A stretch of DNA of 15,890 nt, from the IMG/VR virus record IMGVR_UViG_2681813004_000014, positions 1-15,890 of that record; one strand, 5' to 3'. The number at the start of each line of letters is the position of its first letter. The stretch's first letter is position 1. Made by a program: the position numbers and the translations under genes. The notes below the pieces were generated by a model. The model had not been told where the DNA came from. It ran no database searches and was given only the letters and a program-made list of their open reading frames with translations. This stretch comes from a virus (taxonomy: Duplodnaviria; Heunggongvirae; Uroviricota; Caudoviricetes). Shown piece by piece: positions 1-8,086 of the stretch.

Positions 1-78
1 CCGCTGAGCAGGCGGTCGGTTCTGGGCAGGGTCGGGTTCGTCCTGAAAACTCCCCCCCACCCCGTCCGGCTGCCTCAT
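1..78 (-). CDS. N-terminal fragment of a gene continuing past the left window edge (possibly a terminase subunit)
   Basis: ATG at 76-78 on minus strand overlaps the upstream stop (ATGA coupling); reading frame MRQPDGVGGEF... stays open to position 1. Identity is a guess from operon context. Confidence 0.3.
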   Translation of the reverse strand, partial: MRQPDGVGGSFQDEPDPAQNRPPAQR

Positions 79-260
79 CAGCGATTGCGAAAACATTCCA
101 TGACCTCGCGGTCACGGTCGGTTAATCGCTTCGCTGTGGTGCGTTTTGTGCGCCCTGTCCTGTTGGCTTTGTGCTCTGTCTCCTGTGTCTTCCATGTGTC
201 ACGCTGCCTTATCAGTCCACGTATCAGCCTGGTTTGCTCCTGTTCAGTCATCATCGCCAT
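78..260 (-). CDS. Hypothetical small basic protein (~60 aa)
   Basis: C-terminal part of track ORF 78..494; the N-terminal part overlaps the HNH gene in another frame, so an internal Met (MAMMTEQEQTRLIRGL...) is the likely start. Rich in R/K/T, no recognised motif. Confidence 0.3.
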   Translation of the reverse strand: MAMMTEQEQTRLIRGLIRQRDTWKTQETEHKANRTGRTKRTTAKRLTDRDREVMECFRNR

Positions 261-684
261 ACATCCAGTCGTTACGGTGTGCCGCCCGTTCTTCCTGCTC
301 GCGATACATGCCCGCTTTACGGTTTGCTTTCGTGGCTGGATCTTCCCGTGTGGTCTTACGGTTGTGGCACGTCTGGCACAATGCCTGGTGATTCCACTCA
401 GGCCAGAAGAGAACATCATTACCGCCATCGATGGGGATAATGTGATCCACCACCACGGCGGGCGTGTATATTCCTTTTTCCAGGCAATGCGCACATAACG
501 GGTTTTTACTCAGGTACATAGCGCGGTATTTCTCCCACTGCCTCGTATACCCTCGCTCCCTGCTGCTGCCTCTCCGGCTGTCCTGCTGCTGGCGTGCGCT
601 GCGTCTGTGCTCCTCACACTTCCCGGACTTCACGCGCCTGTTGCAGCCTGGTTGTGTGCATCGTCTCAATGGTTGCCACGGCAT
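244..684 (-). CDS. HNH endonuclease
   Basis: Cys-rich N-terminus (CTQPGCNRRVKSGKCEEH) and HNH core motif DHIIPIDGGNDVLFWPEWNHQALCQTCHNRKT; start overlaps the upstream connector stop. Confidence 0.8.
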   Translation of the reverse strand: MPWQPLRRCTQPGCNRRVKSGKCEEHRRSARQQQDSRRGSSRERGYTRQWEKYRAMYLSKNPLCAHCLEKGIYTPAVVVDHIIPIDGGNDVLFWPEWNHQALCQTCHNRKTTREDPATKANRKAGMYREQEERAAHRNDWMYGDDD

Positions 685-980
685 CAGTACACCCCCACAT
701 CACGATAAACCGACCAGAGCGCGGAAATCGTCAGGGGAATTTCTTTTGTATCGGTATCGCCAAGCGTTGTCCGGTACTCGTACAGTTGCGAGATGTACAT
801 CAGGCAACCAATTTTTATTGCAGGGGTAAATTCCAGGCCGTCATCAAAACGCCTGCCAATATGCTTCTGGCATACCTCCAGCGCCGCGCTTATGTATGCC
901 TGAATCAGTGTGTCTTCTGTGTTACCATCTATGCGGCAGTGAAGTTTGGCCTCTTCCAGGGTTATTTTTTCTGCTGTCAT
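684..980 (-). CDS. Head-tail connector protein (gp6-like)
   Basis: 98 aa, N-terminus MTAEKITLEEAKLHCRIDGNTEDTLIQAYISAA typical of gp6-like connectors; sits in the head operon. Confidence 0.7.
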   Translation of the reverse strand: MTAEKITLEEAKLHCRIDGNTEDTLIQAYISAALEVCQKHIGRRFDDGLEFTPAIKIGCLMYISQLYEYRTTLGDTDTKEIPLTISALWSVYRDVGVY

Positions 981-1315
981 TTTTCTGTACCCACCTTTGC
1001 CAGAATTTCCAGCCGGGTTCTTTTCGCATCAGGTAAGGGGATCCCGATGATATTAAGCGTGCTCCCGGCAAAAGCGCCGGTAAGCACTTTCAGGCGACTG
1101 GCGGCGGATATGTCGCCACGATAGCGAACCCATACCCGAATCGTTGCAGGTGCGGTTTCTGCGCCTGCGGTCAGTAATTCCCGTCCGCTGATCCCCTTGA
1201 CCTCTGCCCAGATGGTTTCCCCTTCCGTCCATATCTGCTGGATCGCACCTGACGGCAGGCGCTGTGTGGTAAATGTCATAATCGTCACCCGGTCCCGCAT
1301 CTTTCCGGCTATCAT
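977..1315 (-). CDS. Head closure / head-tail adaptor protein (gp7 / SPP1 gp16-like)
   Basis: 112 aa with MRDRVTI...IWAEVKGISGRE...IRVWVRYRGDI pattern; 4-bp overlap with portal stop. Confidence 0.65.
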   Translation of the reverse strand: MIAGKMRDRVTIMTFTTQRLPSGAIQQIWTEGETIWAEVKGISGRELLTAGAETAPATIRVWVRYRGDISAASRLKVLTGAFAGSTLNIIGIPLPDAKRTRLEILAKVGTEK

Positions 1316-2529
1316 TCGTCACCGCCCTTACTGTTCTTGCTGATTGTCACTTCCTGCTTCCATGCCTGGCTGAACTCGTCACCACCTTCACGCGGCGGCA
1401 TTCCCTCACGCTCACGGGCTTCGTTCGGATTGATGATCCCGTTCTTAATCCCTTTCTCATACGTGGCGTAACGTTCGGTAGGGGTGGCGCGTAATAAATC
1501 GGCTGAATCAAACTCAACCAGATAACGGGTTCCAGGCACGGGAGAAGCCACCAGCAAAGCGGCCTTGATTTGCTGTTCGAAGTTCGCCAACCAAGGACGC
1601 ATTGTCATGGTCAGAAACGCGCGGCTTGCCTCACTGAAATTGCTGTAGGTGCTGTTGCTGTATTCCTGCAAAAAAATCGGCGAGACGTTGAACATTCGGG
1701 CGATGTCTTCAATGGTAAAGCGACGGGAGGCCAGCCATTCAGCATCCTGATTACTCATGCCCAGCTGCTGATAGCTCATACCCCCTTCAAGGATGGGCGT
1801 TTTTCCGGCGTTTCTGGCCCCTTTGTAGCGTTCCAGTGCGGCTAATGCCTGTTTGCCCTTCACGCCGTCCAGCCATTCGCCTGACGTGATAACCCCTGCC
1901 GCCATCATGCCATCACGCATCACGCTCGCGCCGTGGCGTTGTTGGGCCAGCCCAAGCCCCAGCGATTCGCGGCAGATGGTTACAGGTGAGCGCCCCATAA
2001 AGCCGTCATCCGTGGAGTAACGAAGGTGGAGAACCTCCCACGGTAAATAGTTGCGGGTGTTTCCGGTGTAGGCGTCAGTGATGCAGTAGCGCCAGTTATG
2101 CTCACCTGTCTGCTCCACGTTCACCGACTGCGGCGGGTAAGGATGTAAAGCCACCGGAAAACCATCACGCCCCCACTGAATCACCGCATAAGCATTACCG
2201 TTTAACAGGCAGTGGCGGATCATCATTCGCTTAAACTGGTAGGGGGTTTGCCATGCGTTCGGGCGCTCGTTGAGGATGTGATCGACCGGATGAGAATCAA
2301 GCCACTCGCGGGCCTCCTTCCCCTTCTCATTGCGTACCAGGTACAGGTAACACGGCATGGTAGCCACCGCCTCAGAGATGACCGTCACGGCGTTCATGAC
2401 GGCGGGCAGTGATTCCGCTGTCCCCGATGATACGTACTCACCCGCCCCCGTGTTCGATGTGCCCGCCAGCGCCATAAATTCATCAAGCGTCATGCTGCGC
2501 TGCTCTTTTTTTCTTCTGAAAAGCCACAT
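1312..2529 (-). CDS. Portal protein, HK97 family (copy 1)
   Basis: 405 aa; near-identical to ORF 3552..4760 except the C-terminal tail; immediately upstream of prohead protease. Confidence 0.85.
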   Translation of the reverse strand: MWLFRRKKEQRSMTLDEFMALAGTSNTGAGEYVSSGTAESLPAVMNAVTVISEAVATMPCYLYLVRNEKGKEAREWLDSHPVDHILNERPNAWQTPYQFKRMMIRHCLLNGNAYAVIQWGRDGFPVALHPYPPQSVNVEQTGEHNWRYCITDAYTGNTRNYLPWEVLHLRYSTDDGFMGRSPVTICRESLGLGLAQQRHGASVMRDGMMAAGVITSGEWLDGVKGKQALAALERYKGARNAGKTPILEGGMSYQQLGMSNQDAEWLASRRFTIEDIARMFNVSPIFLQEYSNSTYSNFSEASRAFLTMTMRPWLANFEQQIKAALLVASPVPGTRYLVEFDSADLLRATPTERYATYEKGIKNGIINPNEAREREGMPPREGGDEFSQAWKQEVTISKNSKGGDE

Positions 2530-2530
2530 A

Positions 2531-3103
2531 TCACACCCCCGCTAAATCCACCCACCAGCGGCGATTATCCGCACGCGGCATTTTTTCGGGGTGCTGCTCA
2601 TACAGGGAACGGCGGGCCAGCTCCACGCCGGAATCGGGGTAAGCCGGTACCGATGTAACGGTAATTTCGTACAGTTCCGCCACCAGCACGGTACGAACGC
2701 ATGGATCTGTTGTGGTATCCCATACATCCTTACGGGAGCGAAAGCCAAAGCTCATGCCGGATATATCACCGCGTTTAACCAGTTCGATAACGTCGCGCCC
2801 TGTACTGGTATCCGGTGGGGTCAGTTCAAAGCGTAACCCTGTTTCGTCCTCTTCCAGTTTCAGCGTGCCGGAACGGGTGCGCCCCAGTAACATGCTGTGG
2901 TCATGCTCATACAGGCCGCGAACGTCATTACCCGCCGCAAGCCATTCAGTAAACGCCCCCCGCTGGAATTTTTCGTAAAACTCACCCCATAACAGTTCTG
3001 AAAGCTTATCCCAGCGAACAACGTAGCCCGTCAGCGTACCGGCTCCGCTCGTGGTGATTTCCGATGACCGGATTTCCATACTCTTCATAATTTTTTCACC
3101 CAT
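2531..3103 (-). CDS. Prohead protease, HK97 family (copy 1)
   Basis: 190 aa with DHSMLLGRTRSGTLKL and GMSFGF motifs; identical in protein sequence to ORF 4762..5334. Confidence 0.85.
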   Translation of the reverse strand: MGEKIMKSMEIRSSEITTSGAGTLTGYVVRWDKLSELLWGEFYEKFQRGAFTEWLAAGNDVRGLYEHDHSMLLGRTRSGTLKLEEDETGLRFELTPPDTSTGRDVIELVKRGDISGMSFGFRSRKDVWDTTTDPCVRTVLVAELYEITVTSVPAYPDSGVELARRSLYEQHPEKMPRADNRRWWVDLAGV

Positions 3104-3113
3104 AAAACACTAA

Positions 3114-3131
3114 AGGGGCTTTTAAGCCCCT
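3114..3131 (-). terminator. Hairpin 3' of the capsid-derived ORF (copy 1 of duplicated unit)
   Basis: Inverted repeat aggggct/agcccct with 4-nt loop followed on minus strand by a T-rich run; possible partial terminator or mRNA stabiliser. Confidence 0.3.
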
Positions 3132-3142
3132 TCTGTATGCTG

Positions 3143-3559
3143 TTAATCGTCGTCCTGTGGCAGTTCCAGAATCTTGATCGCGTTCGAATCCACCACGCCA
3201 CCGCCTAAATATTTCTGCGTGAAAATTTTGATGAAGCCCGGCTCTGTGATGTTGTCCGGTCTGGTGCGAACACCTGTTTCGTGATCAACAATGTAGTAAC
3301 CGCGTTTGAAGTCACCCAGGGCAATAACGTTATCAGGCATAAACTCCAGATATTCGACCGGAAGGCCCAGCAACGTATCAGGATCACCCGCCTGTAAACG
3401 GTCGCGCCAGATGTAATCACCGTTCGCGTTCTTCACCTTCTGAAGTTTTGCCGATGACGCGTTTCTTGTATACATTTTCAGAAGTTCGCCTTCTCCGGAA
3501 AAGTCATCAAGGCGAAGATGTGCCCTGACTTCATCAGGTGTAATTTTTTCTTCACTCAT
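3143..3559 (-). pseudogene. Chimeric ORF: gp6-like connector N-terminus (~35 aa) fused in frame to the last ~103 aa of the major capsid protein
   Basis: C-terminal part is identical to the end of capsid ORF 5374..6576; N-terminus MSEEKITPDEVRAHLRLDD resembles the start of connector ORF 684..980; Shine-Dalgarno-like aaggtg sits 6 nt upstream of ATG at 3559. Track ORF extends to 3640 but that region overlaps portal copy 2. Confidence 0.55.
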
Positions 3560-4760
3560 CTTTTTCACCTTTAATTTCCACCGTCTGCTTCCATGCCTGG
3601 CTGAATTCGTCGCCACCTTCACGCGGCGGCATCCCCTCACGTTCGCGGGCTTCGTTCGGATTCATGATCCCGTTCTTAATCCCTTTCTCATACGTGGCGT
3701 AACGTTCGGTAGGGGTGGCGCGTAATAAATCGGCTGAATCAAACTCAACCAGATAACGGGTACCAGGTACGGGAGAAGCCACCAGCAAAGCAGCCTTGAT
3801 TTGCTGTTCGAAGTTCGCCAGCCACGGGCGCATTGTCATGGTCAGAAACGCGCGGCTTGCCTCACTGAAATTGCTGTAGGTGCTGTTGCTGTATTCCTGC
3901 AAAAAAATCGGCGAGACGTTGAACATTCGGGCGATGTCTTCAATGGTAAAGCGACGGGAGGCCAGCCATTCAGCATCCTGATTACTCATGCCCAGCTGCT
4001 GATAGCTCATACCCCCTTCAAGGATGGGCGTTTTTCCGGCGTTTCTGGCCCCTTTGTAGCGTTCCAGTGCGGCTAATGCCTGTTTGCCCTTCACGCCGTC
4101 CAGCCATTCGCCTGACGTGATAACCCCTGCCGCCATCATGCCATCACGCATCACGCTCGCGCCGTGGCGTTGTTGGGCCAGCCCAAGCCCCAGCGATTCG
4201 CGGCAGATGGTTACAGGTGAGCGCCCCATAAAGCCGTCATCCGTGGAGTAACGAAGGTGGAGAACCTCCCACGGTAAATAGTTGCGGGTGTTTCCGGTGT
4301 AGGCGTCAGTGATGCAGTAGCGCCAGTTATGCTCACCTGTCTGCTCCACGTTCACCGACTGCGGCGGGTAAGGATGTAAAGCCACCGGAAAACCATCACG
4401 CCCCCACTGAATCACCGCATAAGCATTACCGTTTAACAGGCAGTGGCGGATCATCATTCGCTTAAACTGGTAGGGGGTTTGCCATGCGTTCGGGCGCTCG
4501 TTGAGGATGTGATCGACCGGATGAGAATCAAGCCACTCGCGGGCCTCCTTCCCCTTCTCATTGCGTACCAGGTACAGGTAACACGGCATGGTAGCCACCG
4601 CCTCAGAGATGACCGTCACGGCGTTCATGACGGCGGGCAGTGATTCCGCTGTCCCCGATGATACGTACTCACCCGCCCCCGTGTTCGATGTGCCCGCCAG
4701 CGCCATAAATTCATCAAGCGTCATGCTGCGCTGCTCTTTTTTTCTTCTGAAAAGCCACAT
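3552..4760 (-). CDS. Portal protein, HK97 family (copy 2)
   Basis: 402 aa; same as copy 1 except a different C-terminal tail (…KQTVEIKGEKDE). Confidence 0.85.
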   Translation of the reverse strand: MWLFRRKKEQRSMTLDEFMALAGTSNTGAGEYVSSGTAESLPAVMNAVTVISEAVATMPCYLYLVRNEKGKEAREWLDSHPVDHILNERPNAWQTPYQFKRMMIRHCLLNGNAYAVIQWGRDGFPVALHPYPPQSVNVEQTGEHNWRYCITDAYTGNTRNYLPWEVLHLRYSTDDGFMGRSPVTICRESLGLGLAQQRHGASVMRDGMMAAGVITSGEWLDGVKGKQALAALERYKGARNAGKTPILEGGMSYQQLGMSNQDAEWLASRRFTIEDIARMFNVSPIFLQEYSNSTYSNFSEASRAFLTMTMRPWLANFEQQIKAALLVASPVPGTRYLVEFDSADLLRATPTERYATYEKGIKNGIMNPNEAREREGMPPREGGDEFSQAWKQTVEIKGEKDE

Positions 4761-4761
4761 A

Positions 4762-5334
4762 TCACACCCCCGCTAAATCCACCCACCAGCGGCGATTATC
4801 CGCACGCGGCATTTTTTCGGGGTGCTGCTCATACAGGGAACGGCGGGCCAGCTCCACGCCGGAATCGGGGTAAGCCGGTACCGATGTAACGGTAATTTCG
4901 TACAGTTCCGCCACCAGCACGGTACGAACGCATGGATCTGTTGTGGTATCCCATACATCCTTACGGGAGCGAAAGCCAAAGCTCATGCCGGATATATCAC
5001 CGCGTTTAACCAGTTCGATAACGTCGCGCCCTGTACTGGTATCCGGTGGGGTCAGTTCAAAGCGTAACCCTGTTTCGTCCTCTTCCAGTTTCAGCGTGCC
5101 GGAACGGGTGCGCCCCAGTAACATGCTGTGGTCATGCTCATACAGGCCGCGAACGTCATTACCCGCCGCAAGCCATTCAGTAAACGCCCCCCGCTGGAAT
5201 TTTTCGTAAAACTCACCCCATAACAGTTCTGAAAGCTTATCCCAGCGAACAACGTAGCCCGTCAGCGTACCGGCTCCGCTCGTGGTGATTTCCGATGACC
5301 GGATTTCCATACTCTTCATAATTTTTTCACCCAT
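4762..5334 (-). CDS. Prohead protease, HK97 family (copy 2)
   Basis: Protein identical to copy 1. Confidence 0.85.
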   Translation of the reverse strand: MGEKIMKSMEIRSSEITTSGAGTLTGYVVRWDKLSELLWGEFYEKFQRGAFTEWLAAGNDVRGLYEHDHSMLLGRTRSGTLKLEEDETGLRFELTPPDTSTGRDVIELVKRGDISGMSFGFRSRKDVWDTTTDPCVRTVLVAELYEITVTSVPAYPDSGVELARRSLYEQHPEKMPRADNRRWWVDLAGV

Positions 5335-5344
5335 AAAACACTAA

Positions 5345-5362
5345 AGGGGCTTTTAAGCCCCT
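5345..5362 (-). terminator. Hairpin 3' of the major capsid gene (copy 2 of duplicated unit)
   Basis: Same inverted repeat as 3114..3131, offset by 2231 bp. Confidence 0.3.
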
Positions 5363-5373
5363 TCTGTATGCTG

Positions 5374-6576
5374 TTAATCGTCGTCCTGTGGCAGTTCCAG
5401 AATCTTGATCGCGTTCGAATCCACCACGCCACCGCCTAAATATTTCTGCGTGAAAATTTTGATGAAGCCCGGCTCTGTGATGTTGTCCGGTCTGGTGCGA
5501 ACACCTGTTTCGTGATCAACAATGTAGTAACCGCGTTTGAAGTCACCCAGGGCAATAACGTTATCAGGCATAAACTCCAGATATTCGACCGGAAGGCCCA
5601 GCAACGTATCAGGATCACCCGCCTGTAAACGGTCGCGCCAGATGTAATCACCGTTCGCGTTCTTCACCTTCTGAAGTTTTGCCGCCGTTGTGGAGTTAAC
5701 CACCCATACCGCGTTCTTGCGGTATTTTTTACGCAATGCAAATTTCAGGTCGATCAGCGGGTCCGCAGATGTCCACGCCAGACCGTGAGCGGGCTTGATA
5801 ACCTGCAACGTTCCGAAGTCGCGTTCTTTGTCGCTCTTCTCTGCACGGGGGACGGATAAAAAGCCTTTTGCTTTTTTGTCACCGTCGCCCACAACCAGAT
5901 CGCTTTCTTCGGTTTCCGTGAAGGTGTCGCCAATCTCGCCCGTCAGCCATGAAAGGATGTCCACATCGGAAAAATCCACGATTTCCTGTGTGGTGCGCGG
6001 GTACGCATAGACCGGATACAGCTTAATGCTCACCTCGTTAATCTTCGGGGTGCTGGTCTGTTCGCGTGCCTTACCCTCTTCACCGTGGTTAACGGTCGCA
6101 CCGCCAGCGGAAACAAGCTGCTTAAACTCGTTGCTGCTGATTTTCTTCACGGTACAGATGCGGCGCATGGTGGATTCATCCGCCAGTATTCGCATGATTT
6201 CGGTGTTCAGTTCGGGGATAACGGTATAACCACCATCAGCGGCAACGCCTGTACTTAATGCGCGGGTTTCACCTGTCAGAATGTAGTTGCGTAGTTCTGC
6301 GGGGTCAGTGGTCTGACTGCTTTTACCTGGCTTGCTGCGCTCTTCGTCTGCAATGGCTTCAAGGCGGGAAATGTCTTTATCGAGGGATTCAGCTTTAGCG
6401 CGTAATTCGTCAAATTTTGCGCCCTCAGCATCGTTAAGACTGCGGTTTTCTTTTTCCGCGTTCTCCAGCATGTCGCGCATCTGATTTTTAATGGCGGTTT
6501 TCTGCTGGCGTAATTCGATTATTCTCGGCATAAAAAAAAGTCCTGGGGTTAAGTAAGGAACTCCAGGACGCGACAA
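5374..6576 (-). CDS. Major capsid protein, HK97 family, with N-terminal coiled-coil delta domain
   Basis: 400 aa; N-terminal heptad-rich segment (IIELRQQKTAIKNQMRDMLENAEKE…) then a capsid-like body. Track start at 6576 is a TTG; an ATG at 6531 (MPRIIELRQQ) is an alternative start. Confidence 0.85.
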   Translation of the reverse strand: MSRPGVPYLTPGLFFMPRIIELRQQKTAIKNQMRDMLENAEKENRSLNDAEGAKFDELRAKAESLDKDISRLEAIADEERSKPGKSSQTTDPAELRNYILTGETRALSTGVAADGGYTVIPELNTEIMRILADESTMRRICTVKKISSNEFKQLVSAGGATVNHGEEGKAREQTSTPKINEVSIKLYPVYAYPRTTQEIVDFSDVDILSWLTGEIGDTFTETEESDLVVGDGDKKAKGFLSVPRAEKSDKERDFGTLQVIKPAHGLAWTSADPLIDLKFALRKKYRKNAVWVVNSTTAAKLQKVKNANGDYIWRDRLQAGDPDTLLGLPVEYLEFMPDNVIALGDFKRGYYIVDHETGVRTRPDNITEPGFIKIFTQKYLGGGVVDSNAIKILELPQDDD

Positions 6577-6902
6577 ACACTCAACCGTTTTTCATAAGGA
6601 AATCAGCAATCGCACCGATCGTTTTCCCGCCTGGTAATGAATATTGGCGAGCACATTAACAGGCGGTAAAGTGGCCCCAGCGTCCTGGCACCACGGGCGA
6701 GAATAATCATGATTCAGTTCGGGTAAAATATGCCGATCCGCTCAGTGAACAACCTGGAACAACCACGAACAAATAATTTACAAAACCTGAAAAAATAAAT
6801 AAGCTGTTCCGTACATTTTCTGCTCGTTAATCAGGAGGAACGAACTATGTCAGAAAATGAACTGAAAAAAGCAATGTTCATTCAGCAACACTTCTAAAAA
6901 TA

Positions 6903-6928
6903 ATGGCCTGGAAAATACCAGGCCATTA
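6903..6928. terminator. Bidirectional terminator-like hairpin
   Basis: Inverted repeat aatggcctgg / ccaggccatt with 6-nt loop; T-rich run follows on the minus strand directly after the stop of ORF 6934..7182. Confidence 0.45.
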
Positions 6929-6933
6929 TTATT

Positions 6934-7182
6934 CTACCGTTTCACGGGATCACGCATTCTGCGCCTTATTTTCCACAGATATTCGATCATCGCTTCCACC
7001 TGCTCACGGTTGGTTGCGAAAATTTCCCCGGTCAGTGAGCTGCGCAGAAAATCATTATGATCCACAAAAAATAACGCATCGGAAGAAAGCAGACGGCGAT
7101 ATTTTTTTGCTGTCGTGGTTTCCAGATCATCAAAACCATGAAACTTTTTATGTTGCTGGACTTCTTCAAATGTCACTGGCAT
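6934..7182 (-). CDS. Hypothetical protein (~82 aa)
   Basis: Track ORF 6934..7221; the internal ATG at 7182 is preceded by aggagg at 7-nt spacing, so it is the preferred start. No recognised motif. Confidence 0.5.
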   Translation of the reverse strand: MPVTFEEVQQHKKFHGFDDLETTTAKKYRRLLSSDALFFVDHNDFLRSSLTGEIFATNREQVEAMIEYLWKIRRRMRDPVKR

Positions 7183-7227
7183 GTTTCCTCCTGCTGCCAC
7201 GATACCAGAAACAGTTAACAACCGTTA

Positions 7228-7509
7228 TCAATTATCCCTTTTTTTCGGGTAGTTCCTGAACATCTCACCGCCAGGTTTCTGTAAGCCAATCCCGGTATGT
7301 GTGCGGTTTATGGCCTCTTTCAGTATTCCGAAATTATCCGGTATGACTGGTGGGCGTGCTGCCTTACGGATACATTCCGCGCGACGCTTTGCCACTTGTT
7401 CGCGCTCCTTGTCAGTGCTCACCAGCCACATAACATCAGCCCAACGTGCCGCCGCTCTCCGGTACAGCCCTTTAGCCTCCAGTTCTTCCGCTTTGCTGTC
7501 TTTAATCAT
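7228..7509 (-). CDS. PerC-like transcriptional regulator (putative)
   Basis: ~93 aa starting MIKDSKAEELEAKGLYRRAAARWADVM, a pattern I associate with PerC-family prophage regulators; gaggt lies 5-6 nt upstream of ATG 7509. Assignment is from memory of the family. Confidence 0.5.
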   Translation of the reverse strand: MIKDSKAEELEAKGLYRRAAARWADVMWLVSTDKEREQVAKRRAECIRKAARPPVIPDNFGILKEAINRTHTGIGLQKPGGEMFRNYPKKRDN

Positions 7510-7543
7510 GCTGTACCTCACTGCTTAAAACGGTATCCCGTCC

Positions 7544-7815
7544 CCGTACGGATCATCGTGCTGGCCTGTCTGTTGTTTTGCCCTGTTCAGTGCGTCAGTA
7601 GCCTGGCCCTGCTGGCCTTTTTTGCCGCCCGGTCGCACTGTCCGCGCACTGATTACGCTGTCTGCGATGACCTGCCAGCCCGTACGGATCATCGTGCTGG
7701 CCTGTCTGTTGTTTTGCCCTGTTCAGTGCGTCAGTGGCCTGGCCCTGTTGACCTTTTTTGCCGCCCGGTCGCGCCGTTCGCGCACTGATTACGCTGTCTG
7801 CGATAACCTGCCAGC
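7544..7815. repeat. Tandem 136 bp duplication (2 copies, a few mismatches) at the 3' end of ssb
   Basis: 7544..7679 and 7680..7815 align at a 136 bp offset with a handful of substitutions. Confidence 0.85.
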
Positions 7816-8086
7816 CCTGCCGCGTTTCGCCGTTCTGGCCTGTCCACTGGCTTACCTGCATGTTACCCGCCACGCTCACCAGTTCGCCTTTCTGGTGTTT
7901 TGCCAGTGCCTCGGCCTGTCTGCCAAACGCCAGGACGGATAACCACATCGTCGCCGTTCCGTCATCTGCCTGGCTGCACGGAAGGGGGACCGCCATACTC
8001 GCCATCGCCATTTGTGTCCCCTTGCTGGTCTGTTTTACCTGCGGGTCAGCCACCAGCCGCCCGTAAGCTGCTATCTGTGCTGTCAT
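7595..8086 (-). CDS. ssb: Single-stranded DNA-binding protein with frameshifted C-terminus
   Basis: N-terminal OB-fold-like region (…TMWLSVLAFGRQAEALAKHQKGELVSVAGNMQVSQW…). The 136 bp duplication is not a multiple of 3, so the ORF ends in an out-of-frame tail; the canonical ending …HDDPYGDGIPF* is present in another frame, stopping at 7526. Confidence 0.7.
   Translation of the reverse strand: MTAQIAAYGRLVADPQVKQTSKGTQMAMASMAVPLPCSQADDGTATMWLSVLAFGRQAEALAKHQKGELVSVAGNMQVSQWTGQNGETRQGWQVIADSVISARTARPGGKKGQQGQATDALNRAKQQTGQHDDPYGLAGHRRQRNQCADSATGRQKRPAGPGY

Larger units (their letters stand above)
1355..5684. repeat. Tandem segmental duplication, 2231 bp period (portal, protease, capsid 3' end), with a unique 132 bp junction at 3454..3585
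   Basis: 1355..3453 matches 3586..5684 at a constant offset of 2231. The core (~1611 onward) appears identical; the first ~255 bp at the portal 3' end differ at scattered positions. Confidence 0.8.

Noticed and set aside
85-1124. Plus-strand ORFs (85..498, 146..391, 171..440, 464..829, 594..1124) across the HNH/connector region
   Set aside because: They lie antisense to a tightly coupled minus-strand operon whose products have recognisable motifs; the plus-strand translations are low-complexity and lack start signals.
1570-5209. Duplicated plus-strand ORFs inside portal and protease (e.g. 1570..1845 / 3801..4076, 2212..2412 / 4443..4643, 2591..2836 / 4822..5067)
   Set aside because: They are antisense shadows of the portal and protease genes; their duplication only reflects the 2231 bp segmental duplication.
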